From: Mytilus trossulus
Taxonomy: Eukaryota
NCBI RefSeq assembly: GCF_036588685.1
Contig: NC_086380.1
Coordinates: 54,250,001 to 54,314,000, forward strand
Length of the DNA: 64,000 nt
Direction of reading: 5' to 3'
Positions 1 to 13,331 of this stretch are shown here, in pieces. The position numbers and the translations under genes were made by a program. A model generated the notes under the pieces. It did not search any database. It had not been told where the DNA came from and worked only from the letters and a program-made list of their open reading frames with translations. Positions within the stretch are counted from its first letter, which is position 1; every line of letters begins with the position of its first letter.

Positions 1-1132
1 TACTCATGTCATGTGAATTAATTATGTATAATTGTCACTTTGTTTATTTTTTTAGTTACATCTTCTGACATCAGACTCGGACTTCTCTTAAATTGAATTT
101 TAAATGTACGTTTTGTAATGCGTTTACTTTTCTACATTGGCTAGAGGTATAGGGGGAGGGTTGAGATCTCATAAACATGTTTAACCCCGCCGCATTTTTG
201 CGCCTGTCCTAAGTCAGAACTGTCTCTGGTCTTTGTTATTCTTGTATTATTTTAATTTTAGTATCTTGTGTACAATTTGGAAATTAGTATGGCGTTCATT
301 ATCACTGAACTAGTATATATTTGTTTAGGGACCAGCTGAAGGACGCCTCCGGGTGCGGGAATTTATCGTTACATTGAAGACCTGTTGGTGACCTTCTACT
401 GGTTTTTTTTCTAAGATCGGGTTGTTGTCTCTTTGATACATTCCCCATTTCCATTCTTAATTTTATTGTTTGCTTTGTTTGTATAAATAAAATTGAGAAT
501 GGAAATGGGGAATGTACCAAAGAAACAACAACACGACCATAGAAAAAACAACAGCATAAATGTTTGCGCATTGAAATTAAGATTGACATGTGCAAATAAT
601 ATAGAAAGGAAGAGATGAAGCTGCATATATTGTGTTTAGATTTAAATGGGCACCATCCCAAATACAATTGTACAATACACAAACAAAGCAAGCAAGCTTA
701 CAAAACTTTTACCCTACACACATTAGGAAATTAGCTCTAATGTGTTTTAATATGAAGCTTTAGAAAGGCCGTCCTACATTGTTGTTTTACAGAAAACATT
801 TTAAGGTATGAACACAGCTTAAAGATAGGATCTTTTTCAATGTTCAAGGTCAATTTATGTGCTGAATTTCAATATTGAAAAAAATACAAAATAAACCAAT
901 TCAGTTGTGTTTTAAAATGTAAATAAGCGGAACCAAAATAATCTAAAAATTATATTCAAAACCTTCATCCATTGCTACACTAAGACAAGATGAATTTTTT
1001 TTTTGACGGACAATTGGTATATATACGTGTTTGAATTTTTAACATATAGCAATAAATAGCAGGTTATGAAATACCACTTTTTGTGTTCTCGCAAGATGAG
1101 GCATGCGTCATCCCGACCGTGCAAGGGCTGTG
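1..1132 (+). repeat. ~1.13-kb direct repeat, copy A (may extend left of the window)
   Basis: Collinear and highly similar to 7830-8965; both end at GCAAGGGCTGTG. Confidence 0.92.
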
Positions 1133-1245
1133 CAATTGGTTTGCATTTATGACACAGAGGGATTACTGTTGTTCTTACAACGACTTCCCTGTTTATAAAA
1201 ATAAGTTTATACACATGGTGATTTTTTTTTTGGAACTATTTACAG

Positions 1246-1395
1246 GTGTTTCAACTTTGATAGGGACGAAAACAGGAAATGTCGTGGATCATCGGTTAAG
1301 AATTTCCACCTGTAAAATATGTGAAAAAGCCAGATCGAAGGAGATGATTCCAAGGATACATCAATGTAGAAAACAAATGGAGATGATCTGCTAAG
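1246..1395 (+). pseudogene. Isolated transposase exon (Pfam Mutator-like/Kolobok-related type), frameshifted
   Basis: ttacag|..|gtaagt; reads GVSTLIGTKTGNVVD-R-CKIC..HQCRK then, shifted, W-x-x-SAK, matching the G-IG-TG-V-D..CxxC..HxCxxNWxGSxK motif. Confidence 0.7.
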
Positions 1396-2599
1396 GTAAG
1401 TCTCCCAAAAGTACAAAACAAATATCATTATAAAATACTGATGTTCATTATTAAATATCAAAACAATTGCAAGATTATGACTTTGAAATAAATTATAAAG
1501 AATACAGACATTGTACACATCAAAATTACAAGTACTGTCATTCACAAGCTCAGATGTGGATTTTGAATTATATATATAGGGATTCACATCTTTTTATAAA
1601 AGTTGTAACTTTCATAGAACTTAAGAATAAAGGGCAAATTTTATTTTCCTGATTTTAGCTTTTCTCCTTGTTCAGTTAAAGCCCTTTCATTATAATTGAT
1701 TTTTTTATGAAATACATATTAATTCAGGGCCGTAGGAAGGTTTTGTCATGAGGGGGTGCGAAGGGGGCGGGTATGGGAGGGGCACTCCCATCCTACAGCT
1801 TAGATTTTTTTTGAAAATGGGTAGGCCAATTTTAGGGTTTTATGTGTTTTCAGAACGTTAAATACATGATTATCCATACTCTCCCAATTACCTTTAAATG
1901 GTTAATACGCTGATACCTAATTGAAGAAAACGTACACACCATTGATAGCACTGAAGGTAATTTTTATTTCAACATATTAAATCAATATAAAGCAGTGGTA
2001 CCTTTCTAAGTTAACATTACAATTTCATATATATATATGATGAAAACAATGCACTCATCACTTTTGTTCCGTAATTATTTCGGATAAAATATACTATTCT
2101 TATGTACACATAAACCTACTGGCATTTTGTCATGATCGATTTGGAAATTTTAAAGACAACATGGCTTCATATGTCTTTCAAGTTTACTTTTATTATGCAC
2201 ACATACTGTGACGAATTCCGTGAATAACGTACGTGTATCTTATTACAGTATAACAATATGATGGATTATAAAAAAAAAACCCAAGCAGCTTACATGTAAT
2301 AAGCATCTATCAAAAAAAATCATAGTTGATTCTCTTTGAAAATTTCTCAATTTAAGATTTTGTCCTTTGACGGACTGTCGGATATATGATAAGCTTGGAT
2401 AGGGGCCATTCTAATGATCCTACAAATCTCATTTTAGCACCCTCCTCGGTCGCCTTTATATGCGCCTGTCCCAAGTCATGACTATTTTGCATGGTCATTG
2501 GCGAAGCATTTAGTCATATAGTAAACAACATTTAGTCATATAGAGTCATATAGTAAACAAGCATATCACAACCACACCAAAGCTTAAGGCTTCTTCTGA

Positions 2600-3660
2600 A
2601 CATTTGAAGGTCCCTACTATGTATGGGCTACCTAAACTACACAAAAAACATTTAAATATCGTTTCTTCTCGGCCTCTAGTAAGTGTTCTACAACTAATCT
2701 GTCGGTGCTCTTAACTAGTTCATTTACTACTATTAAAGAGCTTATCATACACTATTGCAATAAAATATATGAGCATAGTGGTATAAACCATTTTTGGAGT
2801 GTAAAAACTTCTTTGGATGTTTTAGATAAATTACGGGCTTTTGATGGTCCTTTTGATTCTGTTAATAGTTTTGATTTTCTACTCTTTACACTACACTTCC
2901 ACAATATCTTATTAAGCAAAAGTTTTCCTATTTAATTAAATGGTTGTTTGGTAAAGCTGAAAGTAGGTATATTTGCTGCAACTCATTTAAAGCCTTCTTC
3001 TCTAATGAGAAAGGTAAATATGCTAGATACACTTACTGGAGGTTTGATGAGATGATTTAAGCTGTTAATTTTCTCCTTGATAATATTTACGTACGTTTCG
3101 GCAACAAAGTTTATCGACAGGTTGTAGGTATCCCCATTGGCACTAATTGTGCTCCTTTAATAGCAGACTTGTTTTTGTACTATTACGAGTCACAGTGTAT
3201 GACTAAACTCAGCAAGGATCCGTCGAAATTGCATTTAATTGATAAATTCAACAACACTTACCGTTATCTTGATGATATTTTTTCGTTAAATAATCAAGAA
3301 TTTTCTCAATATACTGCTGAAATTTACCCCAAGGAACTTACTTTAAATAAATCAAATGTATTCGGCAATAACTGTCCTTTCTTGGATTTAGATATTTTGG
3401 TTTTAAACGGGAAACTACACACTAAAATTTACGACAAAAGGGACGATTTTTCGTTCCCTATTGTTAATTTTCCATTTTTAGATGGTGATGTTTCTTTGGC
3501 ACCATCTTACGGTGTTTATATTTCACAACTTGTTCGTTATGCCCCAGTCTGTTGTGACATTTTTGATTTTAACGAACGCAACCAATGTATTACTAGTAAA
3601 TTATTAAACCAGGGATATCGTTACCATCAATTTCTTAAAACCTTTACCAAATTTTTCATA
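2600..3660 (+). pseudogene. Penelope-like element reverse transcriptase fragment (frameshifted)
   Basis: LPKLHK, FWSVK, DF/STLYT, GIPIGTNCAPLIADLFL, YRYLDD, FLDL, YDKRDDFSFPIVNFPFL, YGVYISQLVRY spread over several frames, with a stop near 3058. Confidence 0.85.
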
Positions 3661-5589
3661 AACTATCCTGGATTTTAACCAAACTAGGACAGAAGATTCC
3701 TACTATCAAAATATTGTATAGAGAGAAATATTACTATTTATTTTTCTCTCATTTTTTTTGAGCCCTCGATTTACAGCAAAAGAAGTCGAGACACTGGGTC
3801 CCGTGGATCCTTACATTATTTTTATATTATCTATAATGTAAAGGTATATTGAACCGTAGGTAGGCTATTCTTAATGTTGTGTAATTATTAGTGAGTTATA
3901 TGATTTGTTTCTTATAAAATTGCGCTTTGTACTATTTGTTTTCATTATTAATTTTCTATAAACTTTTACACGATTTTTTATCTTGAATTTACCAAACTGT
4001 GCTTGTACCAGTATTTCACTTATAACGGTTCAAAAGCTTTATTCATGCATGAACTCTGTCATCTAATAAACGAGTTTTTGAGCTTTTTGTATAACAAACA
4101 AAACAAATAGAACATGTAGTTCAGTAAACTAGTACACATATATATAGAGATTTGGTTTTGAAATTTAGTTGTACCTGTACAAAACTTATTTCAAACGACG
4201 GATGGCACATTTTAATTTTTACGGATATCTTGTTAACCAAACTCGGAAATTTAAATTCGATCTTATAAATGAACTTATTCGTGGAGGAAAATTATAATCG
4301 GAAAGTCAATAAGCAAATGCCAGCATCAAATGCTCAAACACATTAAACGAATGGATTACAACTGCCATATTTCTAGCTTGGTACAGGCATTTTACATTTT
4401 TCAAACACGCACTTTCTTGCTTTCCTCGTCTGATTACTTTCCTTTCAATCGTTCTTCTCAAAATTCAACGAAATAAAATAAAACTATATCTTTAAAAAAT
4501 TTAGCAATTAGAAAATATTTTGTATTGGATACGGCACAGAACAAAGCGACCTATATTTCAGCAGCGTTAGTTTACCACACATACCGCCATCGACATTGAA
4601 ATAAACCTTATACTGTATAAGTTTTGGGAATGTTCCGACATAACTAAATGTTAAACAGTTGAGACAAAAAAAAACAACGGCCTGATTTATGTATATAAAA
4701 CAATGAACAAATAAACAAATATAAGAGCAAGTAATCAAAAATAACTACTGGATTACAGGTTTCTGATTTAGGACATGAGATGATATGGCGGGTTATGCTC
4801 AACCGCCAAAATCTGGGACAATGGTGTAACAGTAGAACAACTGATTACATTGTAAAAATAAGCTGCATAGGACTAGACAAAGTAACAAGGAGTAGAAAAA
4901 CAACTAAAAGAAGGTATCAAGGTGGATTGGGGAGGGGCTAAAACAGCCCGAGTTTTACTTTCATATGTCTGTTTAAATAAGAGAATTAACTGGGTTCCCT
5001 AATTTCCACCGTTTCATCCGTGAATGCAGATACATGAATTACAAAACATTTTTTTTTAACTTAAAAATAAACCGGATACCATAAAAATTCAATGAATGTA
5101 CAGGCCTATCAGATGGTGCATCGTGTGCAGTCTGATGAGACTGGCATTGATGAACACTTGAACCGTAGTGCTGTGATATGACTAGATTAGGTGTACTTGA
5201 CTCATATTTTGAAAAGTATTTCAAAAGAAATATATCAAATCGGTTCTAATGTTTTAATTTGTTTTGTTCCTTTAATCAACTTAAGATGTACAAATGTTAT
5301 TTTTAATTAAAAAAAAATTGACAAGTAACAATTTCATTCGGACAAGTAAGTTTTGGTATGTACTTGTCCTAATGGAAAAGTTGATAAAAAAAAAGTTATT
5401 GAAGAGGCAACTGGTCATTTCGATGGCAGCTGTATGACACCATATATATACTTCTTTACTGTACCATGCTTGCTTTAATATACCAAGGAGAAATTCACTT
5501 AATATTGTATGATGCGTCATTATTATATTCACCCTGTGTTTTGTTTCTTATCATTAGCGTTTATGATTCTGTATTCTGTTGTGCAGTAC

Positions 5590-5968
5590 ATTTGATTTAA
5601 AAAAAGTTGTTGGTGGTATTAGTTGGAATTCAAAATGGTTCTTATAAGAAACAATCTGGCCATAGTTTGTCGATTTAAAAAGGTCGTTGTGGTGCGTTAA
5701 TTCTAAAACATTATAATTGGTATTAGTTTAAGTCATAATGGTTCTTGAAAGAAACAATCTGGCTATGGTTTTGTCGATTTGAATGGTCATAGTGGTGCGT
5801 TATTTCTTAAACATTATAAATACTTTTAGCTGGAGTTTTAATGGTCCTAAAAGAAACAATCTGGCGATAGTTTGTCGATTAGAAAAGGTCGTTGTGATGT
5901 GTTATTTCTCAGAAAAATATAAATGGTTTTAGTTGGATGTTTTAATGGTTCTTATAAGAAGCAATCTT
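5590..5968 (+). repeat. Tandem repeat, ~103-bp unit, 3-4 copies
   Basis: AATGGT..AGAAACAATCTGGC recurs at about 5634, 5736, 5840 and 5944. Confidence 0.85.
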
Positions 5969-6525
5969 CCTTATATGATTTACACCGTGTATCATCGTAC
6001 AGCGGATAATACTCACCAAGCGGGCGTGAGCGATTTTGATCTTACACAGTAACGAAAATCTTTGTACCTATATCCGCTGTACTGATGATACACGGTGACT
6101 TAGAACTATCTATAACAAAATATTGAAATATCATAAAACAACAAGTAATAGCTTTTCTAAAAGGCTTGTCGTATTTTAATTGATAATATTGAGATCAGTG
6201 ATTTGTGAGTGAAGGTTATTTTTATTGGAATATTGCACTCCAAGCAATATGAATACATAGCACTTTTTCTACTAATTTGTGATTCTAGTTGTTTTATTGG
6301 TGGACCAGGGTTATAAAGGGAGACTTAATAACATTGAGAAGGGAAATGGGAATGATATTATAATAAAATGCTTACAGTGTCTATTTCAACTTGATAAAGA
6401 AAAGCATATAACCTACCACTTGCCCTTCAAATTTGAGAATGTTACATCTTATACGTAAAGAAGTGATTTTATCTTATCCGACTTTTGTCACAGAAGAATT
6501 AGTTTGACGGTACACGTTAAGTTAT

Positions 6526-6680
6526 AGTTATTGACCAAGCAAGTCGGTATATAGAAGTTAATCTGCACAGCTCAGGTGACCCTTATTTACCCGAACGACG
6601 TAGGAGTTCGGGTTAGAGGGTCACCCTGAGCGTGCAGATTAACCTCTATAAATATATACCGATTTGATTGGCCAATAACT
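6526..6680. repeat. ~155-bp imperfect palindrome
   Basis: GTTAATCTGCACAGCTCAGGTGACCCT pairs with AGGGTCACCCTGAGCGTGCAGATTAAC; centre ACCCGAAC-GACGTAGGA-GTTCGGGT. Confidence 0.85.
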
Positions 6681-7829
6681 GTTTTAACACATGACGTCAT
6701 CAATTAACAAGAACGTTTTAGATGTGGATGATGTTCAGCAATCTACGGATCCTAGGAAAGTTCCTTGTAGGCTTGTAGGGTAAAGAAAGGGGGAAATACG
6801 ACTTGGGTAAGTTTTAAATTGCTATCTTTTATTTGGTTTAGACTTACTGTAAAATTGCGATTTAATGGTAGAATTTTTTAATGTTTCTTTTAAATCTATT
6901 CCCATTTTTTTTTAATAACTTACGATTAAGACTCTGGCAAATTGTGTACTTTCTGAAATCGTTGTATGGGTAAAAAAACATAACTGAAAGGTTATTAAGC
7001 TTTTGAATGTCTTTCCCTCAAAGAAATGTTTTAAAAGAGAAAGATAAACCGAGGAAGATTACCTAAATTTTAAATGTTGAATAAACAGAAAAATACGTTT
7101 CTCTTTCTAATCTTTTACTCATCCTCCCCAAAATTGCTTAGTATCTACTGTATCAATTTTGAAGACACAACCATCTAAATGAAGTCTGTTTGATCTCCAG
7201 CTAATCTCCCTGTTTTAAAAGAAACTTAAAATGACTCCCTTTAAATTCGATCCAAAAATATAGGGAATAGATATTCAAAAAGTCGTTATAATTTTATATT
7301 TAGTCTAAAACTAATCAAAATCAGATTTTTTTTATTCAGATATTCTTAGATACATTTCTTTTGTGGCACAATTTAACCATCTTTCTGAATATAAAACACT
7401 GATTTAAGATGTACACTTAATATAATTAAAAAAAAATATGTTCAAGCTAAGATGAAAAAAAGGAATAAGAATTAACCTTTCATTTTTCCTATTTTGAAAC
7501 TACGATGTTTGTACAAAGTTCAAATTTGTCGTAATTTGAAGGTAAATGGATGATTCCCGGGGGGGGGGGGGGGGGGGGGGTTGGAGGCTAACAAGTCATC
7601 ACCCTACTATTGGATAAAGTAACGTGTTTTAGCTTAAAATAGTCAATATTGTTTTTAGTCTCGCTACACTCGGCGACATTTTTTTTTTAATTTGATATAA
7701 TGACGCCCATTCAAAATCTAGGAACCGCCCCAAGGTAAAAATTTGAACAGTGCAGTATATCTGAGGTAGTTAATGCACACCTTTGCTGTGCATTATCCAG
7801 ATTATAGTACAGTAAGAACAAAGAGATTT

Positions 7830-8965
7830 TACTCATGTCTCGTGTTAATTATGTATAATTGTCATTTTGTTTATTTTTTTTTGGTGACATCTTCTGACAT
7901 CATACTCGGACTTCCCATGAATTGAATTTTAAATGTACGTATTGTTATGCGTTTACTTTTCTACATTGGCTAGAGGTATAGGGGGAGGGTTGAGATCTCA
8001 TAAACATGTTTAACCCCGCCCAATTTTTGAGCCTGTCCCAAGTCAGAACTGCCTCTGGTCTTTGTTAGTCTTGTATTATTTTAATTTTAGTTTCTTGTGT
8101 AAAATTTGGAAATTAGTATGGCGTTCATTATCACTAAACTAGTATATATTTGTTTAGGGACCAACGGAAGGACGCCTCCGGGTGCGGGAATTTTTCGTTA
8201 CATTGAAGACCTGTTGGTGACCTTCTGCTGGTTTTTTTTTCTATGGTCGGGTTGTTGTCTCTTTGATATATTCCCCATTTCCATTCTTAATTTTATTGTT
8301 TGCTTTGTTTGTATAAATAAAATTGAGAATGGAAATGGGGAATGTACCAAAGAAACAACAACCCGACCATAGAAAAAACAACAGCATAAATGTTTGCGCA
8401 TTGAAATTAAGATTGACATGTGCAAATAATATAGATAGGAAAAGATGAAGCTGCATATATTGTGTTTATATTTAAATGGACACCATCCCAAATACAATGG
8501 TACAATTCACAAACAAAGCAAGCAAGCAAGCTAACAAAACTTTTACCCTACACACATTAGGAAATTAGCTCTAATGTGTTTTAATATGAAGCTTTAGAAA
8601 AGCCGTCCTACATTGTTGTTTTACAGAAAACATTTTAAGGCATGAACACTGCTTAAAGATAGGATCTTTTTCAATGTTCAAGGTCAATTGATGTGCAGAA
8701 TTTCAATATTGAAAAAAATACAAAATAAACCAATTCAGTTGTGTTTTAAAATGTAAATAAGCGGAACCAACATAATCTAAAAATTATATTCATAACCTTC
8801 ATCCATTGCTACACTAAGACAAGATGAAAATTTTTGTTGACGGACAATTGGTGTATTTACGTGTTTGAATTTTTTAACATAACAATAACTAGCAGGTTAT
8901 GAAATACCACTTTTTGTGTTCTCGCAAGATGAGGCATGCGTCATCCCGACCGTGCAAGGGCTGTG
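7830..8965 (+). repeat. ~1.13-kb direct repeat, copy B
   Basis: Collinear with 1-1132. Confidence 0.92.
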
Positions 8966-9533
8966 TAGCCAGTAAAGGTCGTTAAAACGTCCATTTGTCA
9001 TTCGTCAACGATAACTTATTTTTTTTGTGAAGCTTAGTGACATATATGACCAACTTATGAAATACGTATTCGTGTTATAAATACAATTCCAACATGACGT
9101 CCTTCAAACGCTTTGAGTACACACCCGTGGTAAAATATGAATATATTGCATTGGCTGTTCCGATCGTACTCCCACGTCATATGTATTTTTATGAATGAAG
9201 TACCCGACGTCATAGAATGATGACGTTATAATTTAAGCATTTTACGGGAAAATACACGCTACTGGTACCGAAAATCATCACAACAAGGAAACGTACATAA
9301 ACGATGCTTAAATGTGGTATAGCCCATTTTTTTCATACATAGAAGACATATAAGTAAATTATCATTAAAATTCATCCAAAGTTTTGTGAATAGTTTGAGC
9401 ATGTCACTTATTCTGTTTGCTCTGTTCTTTTACGCCAATCTAAAAGTGCGTAAATTTATGGGAACGGCGAATAATGGCCTCCACCTTGAGCGCTTCGATC
9501 CACAAAAATTGCCGTATTTGTCCTATTAGAATC

Positions 9534-9692
9534 GAAATAATTCATGGGGGCTTGAATATATCAAGATTTAACCACGGGTTGTCCCTTTATGCCGATATTT
9601 TACCCCTCGCTATCGCTCAGGGTCAAATATTTGTCATAAAGGGTCAACCCGTGGTAAAATAACGATATATTTAAGCCCCCATGAATTATTTC
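9534..9692. repeat. ~160-bp imperfect palindrome
   Basis: GAAATAATTCATGGGGGCTT..ACCACGGGTTG pairs with CAACCCGTGGT..AAGCCCCCATGAATTATTTC; centre CTCGCTATCGCTC. Confidence 0.88.
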
Positions 9693-9964
9693 TTAAGTAT
9701 CTTTTAAATGAAAAATATTACATAAACACGCCTAGCTGGAATTTAACTGAAAAAACGATCATATCAAATGGTGCATAAATCCGTTTCGGCAATCATACCA
9801 CATCTTCAAGCTTTATAAACATTGTACATCGAAAGAATTGGACAACATTCGCTCTGCAAGGAGAATTTTTTCTCAAAACCTGACCAATTTAATCTCAAAT
9901 GTAATTGCAGAAAACTATTTGTCAATTTAATTTTCAAGTTACTTAGTTGAACATTTGCGTGACT

Positions 9965-12900
9965 GACTTACTTACTTGACTTAATCCACTTCGTCCCAAG
10001 GGGGACATAGGGCGACTACAGTTTCTCTCCATTTCTTCCTGTCCATGGCTATTCGTTTTGTTTCTTTCCAGGTCATCCCAATTTTACTCAGCTCGGTTGT
10101 TAGTCCCCTTCGCCAGGTGTTTTTTGGCCTTCCCCTTTTTCGATGTCCTTGGGGGTTCCATTCAAGGGCTTGCTTAGTAATGTGCGTGTCTTTCTTTCTT
10201 AGGGTATGCCCGATCCACTTCCACTTTCTTGCTCTTATGGTCTGGGTTGTTGGCTGTTGTTTGGTTCTTCTCCATAGCTCTTTGTTGGATATTTTGTTTG
10301 TCCATCTGATGTTGAGGATGTTTCTCAAACATTTATTGACTGGCTTATAAGTCTGGATAGATTTGATGGATGCAGCTGTTTCTATCCAGGTTTCTGATCC
10401 GTATAAGAGTACAGATTTGACATTGGTGGTAAATATCCTTAACTTAGTGCTAGTTCTTAAAGCATTACTCCTCCAAACAGGTTTAAGCATGGAAAATACC
10501 TGTTGTGCTTTCTTTTTTCTTGCCGATATGTCTTCGTCTATGCCTCCTGTTGTACTGACAATACTTTCCAGATAGGTGAATTGTTGAACATCTTCAAAAG
10601 TAGAGTCGTCGATCTTAAGACAATATTGCTGGTTTGTATTTAGCCTCATTGATTTAGTTTTCTGTGCGTTGATGTATAGGCCTGTTTGTTTTGCTACTGT
10701 TTCAAGACTTTTGGTCTGATGTTGTGCATCTTGAAAGCGATGGGATAGTGCACAGATGTCATCAGCAAATTCGAGATCTTCAAGTCGTGTTGTGAGGGTC
10801 TATCCAATGCCTTTTGGATCTGTGTAGGCTGATTTACCAACCCAGTCAACTACTATTAGGAAAAGAAGAGGAGAGAGAAGACAACCTTGACTTACCCCAG
10901 TTGTAACAGGGAATGATTCGGTCATAGTTCCACCATGTATAACTTGACAGGAAAATTGGTCGTAAAGCAGTTTTATCATTTTGATGATCTTTTGCGGGAT
11001 TACATAGTGTGCCAGAATGTCCCATAAAACCTGATGGTCAATGCTATCAAAAGCTCTCTGGAAATCTACAAAATTTAGGTAAAGTGTCGTCTGCCATTCT
11101 ATTGTCTGTTCAATAATAATTCTCAATGTGGCTATTTGGTCTACACATGATCTTTCTTGTCTAAAGCCAGCTTGTTCATCTCTAATTATCTTGTCCACTT
11201 CATTTTTCATTCTGCTAAGGATGGTGCTGCAGAGCAGTTTACTAGGTATGGACAATAAAATGATACCTCTCCAGTTTTTGCAAAGCGACTTGTTGCCTTT
11301 CTTAGGGATTTTTACCAAAAGTCCTTTACTCCAATCATCTGGTATTTCTTCTTCTTCCCAGATCTTATTCAGAAGTTGTAACAGGCTAAGGACAGATGTA
11401 TCATCCAAGATTTTTATAGCTTCAGGTGGTATGTTAACAATGCCGCCTGCTTTTCCATTTTTTAGACTTTTGACAGCTTTGTTGATTTCAGTTTTTGTTA
11501 TTTTGCTGGTTTTGATGTTTAATATTGGACCATTTTGTAATTCAGGTGGATCTGTAGGTGGGGGCCTGTTGAGAACCTGCTCGAAATGTTCTTTCAACCT
11601 TTCAAGTTGATCTTCCAGTTTAGTGAGGGTATTGTTGTTTATATCTTTGATGGGTGTATCTGAAGTTGGTGGTTTACCGCTTAATTGCTTTGTAATGTTG
11701 TATAGGGTTTTGGTGTCTCCCTTGCTACAGGCCGCTTCTGCTTCTTTTGCTAGTTGTTCTACAAAGTTCCTTTTATCTTTTTTGCAACTTTTCTTCACCT
11801 CTTTATCTTTATTGCTGTACTGTTCTTGTGTCTGATTTTTCTGCTGTCTAGTTATAGCGGTTAGAACTTTTTCTTTCACTTGTCTTCTGTCGTTGACAAT
11901 TTTCCTTGTATTTTCTGACATCCATTGCTTGCGGTTTTGTTGGAGATAGCCGACAGTTTCTTCACATGCTTGAACAATATAATCTCTGGTCATTTCCCAT
12001 GCTGTGTTGATGCTAGTTTCTTCATCATGTAGATTTTCAAGTACACCAAATTTGTTTTGCAGCAGAATGTGGTAGTCTTGAACAACTTTAGGGTCTTTGA
12101 AAAGATCAACATTAAATTTCTTCCTCCTGGATTTTGCTTTTTTTGTTGAAAGTAGTTTTAGTTGTATCTTTGCAATGATTAGGTGGTGATCTGATGCTAT
12201 ATCTGCTCCTCTCTTGTTTCGTACATCTTGTAGAGATGACCTCCATCTTTGGGATATAGCAATATGGGCTATCTGATTTTCTGTCACTCCATTCGGCGAA
12301 ACCCAAGTAACTTTGTGACAGTTTTTATGGGGGAAGAGTGTGCCACCTATTACTAGACTGTTTAAAGCACAAAAATCAGCAAAGATTTCACCGTTCTCGT
12401 TCATTTCACCGATTCCATTTGGTCCCATTTCTATTTCTCTCCCTGTCCTGTCCTTACCCACTTTTGCATTGAGGTCTCCTAGTAGCATGAGGATGTCTCG
12501 TTTAGGCACATAATTTACAGTGGTTTGCAGAGAGTTGTAAAAGTCATCTTTCTCTTCTTCATCTGCATTATTTGTTGGTGAGTAAACCTGGATTATGGTT
12601 GTTTTCTGAAATTTTGTGTCAAACCTGGCAGTGATTATTCTAGAAGACACAGGATTCTATTCTAAGAGAGACTGCTTTGCCTTTTTAGTAAGCATAAATC
12701 CAACACATTTGTCATGAGTGTCAGTGGCGTTTTTGTTACCAGAGTGGATGATGGTATGACCAGTGTTTAACGTTGTCATGCCAAATGTATTCCATCTTAC
12801 TTCACTGAGTCCTAAAATTTCAATACTGTATTTGTCCATTTCTTTGACTGTCTGCAAGCTCTTTCCACTTTGATACAGTGTTCGTACATTCCAAGTCCCA

Positions 12901-13331
12901 ATTTTAGTTGGATACTTAGGTGAGAACAACTTCATCGGCCTTCGCGTCATATGTTGTCCTCGTGGTTTTGATTTTGTGTTTACCTCTATCTCAAGCCGTT
13001 GACAAGTAAGAGGGTTTTCTTCTGTAGTCGTTTCTGTAACGTAAAATTTTTTACAAGTTAGGGGTGTTGGCCCTAAGCTAAACCTTCTACGTGAAGGGTC
13101 GGGTTGTTCTGTAGGGGTTTTCCATCCCTTAGACGATTGCTGTTGCTAACGAGTTCCATCTACCCGGATTTTCTGTTTGGATTAACTTCCATAGCCTTCG
13201 ACTATTCCCAAGTCACCCACAAGGCAGTGGGGCATTTAACCCATAGCTGGGGCAAGGTTGATGAGAGCCAGGGCGTGTCCACACGCCGGTGGGCCTGCAC
13301 TCTGCATCTCTAAGGCCCTTGCTGCTCTGAG
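9965..13331 (-). mobile_element. Full-length RTE-clade non-LTR retrotransposon
   Basis: 12-bp TSD ATTTGCGTGACT at 9953-9964 and 13332-13343; 3' tail of TAAG/TCAG-type repeats; single APE+RT frame; GC-richer 5' UTR. Confidence 0.93.
9981..12950 (-). pseudogene. RTE ORF: AP endonuclease plus reverse transcriptase, interrupted by two in-frame TAGs
   Basis: ORFs 12657-12950, 10800-12650 and 9981-10649 share one frame. Motifs IGTWNVRTL, LGLSEVRW, GDLNAKVG, SDHH, QAGFR, FVDF-AFDS, QGC-LSP, FADD (about 10758-10769), KRGRPKNTW. Stops at 12657-12659 and 10800-10802. Confidence 0.92.

Noticed and set aside
302-691. ORFs 302-691, 411-626 and 8106-8497 as genes
   Set aside because: They lie in a multi-copy non-coding repeat and its inverted arm; the frames are not conserved between copies.
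975-1214. Minus-strand exon-like segment EVVVRTTVIPLCHKCKP.. as a transposon accessory gene
   Set aside because: Splice-like ends exist, but I recognise no motif and copy B is truncated within it; support is insufficient.
7559-7580. Long G or C runs (also near 24120, 44126, 49610) as regulatory G-quadruplexes
   Set aside because: Simple homopolymers with no supporting context, and prone to sequencing length error.
1-8965. Direct repeats as LTRs of an LTR retrotransposon
   Set aside because: No TG..CA ends, primer-binding site or gag/pol between them; the interior is a patchwork of unrelated repeats.
10045-11835. Plus-strand ORFs overlapping the RTE
   Set aside because: Antisense shadows of the RT frame with no independent motifs.
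10800-12659. Both RTE stops are TAG at probable Trp codons, suggesting programmed readthrough or APOBEC-type editing
   Set aside because: The ORF also has varied missense changes at conserved sites (NQIAH, GVSQG, RLKEHF, HYVIP), which fits ordinary neutral decay.
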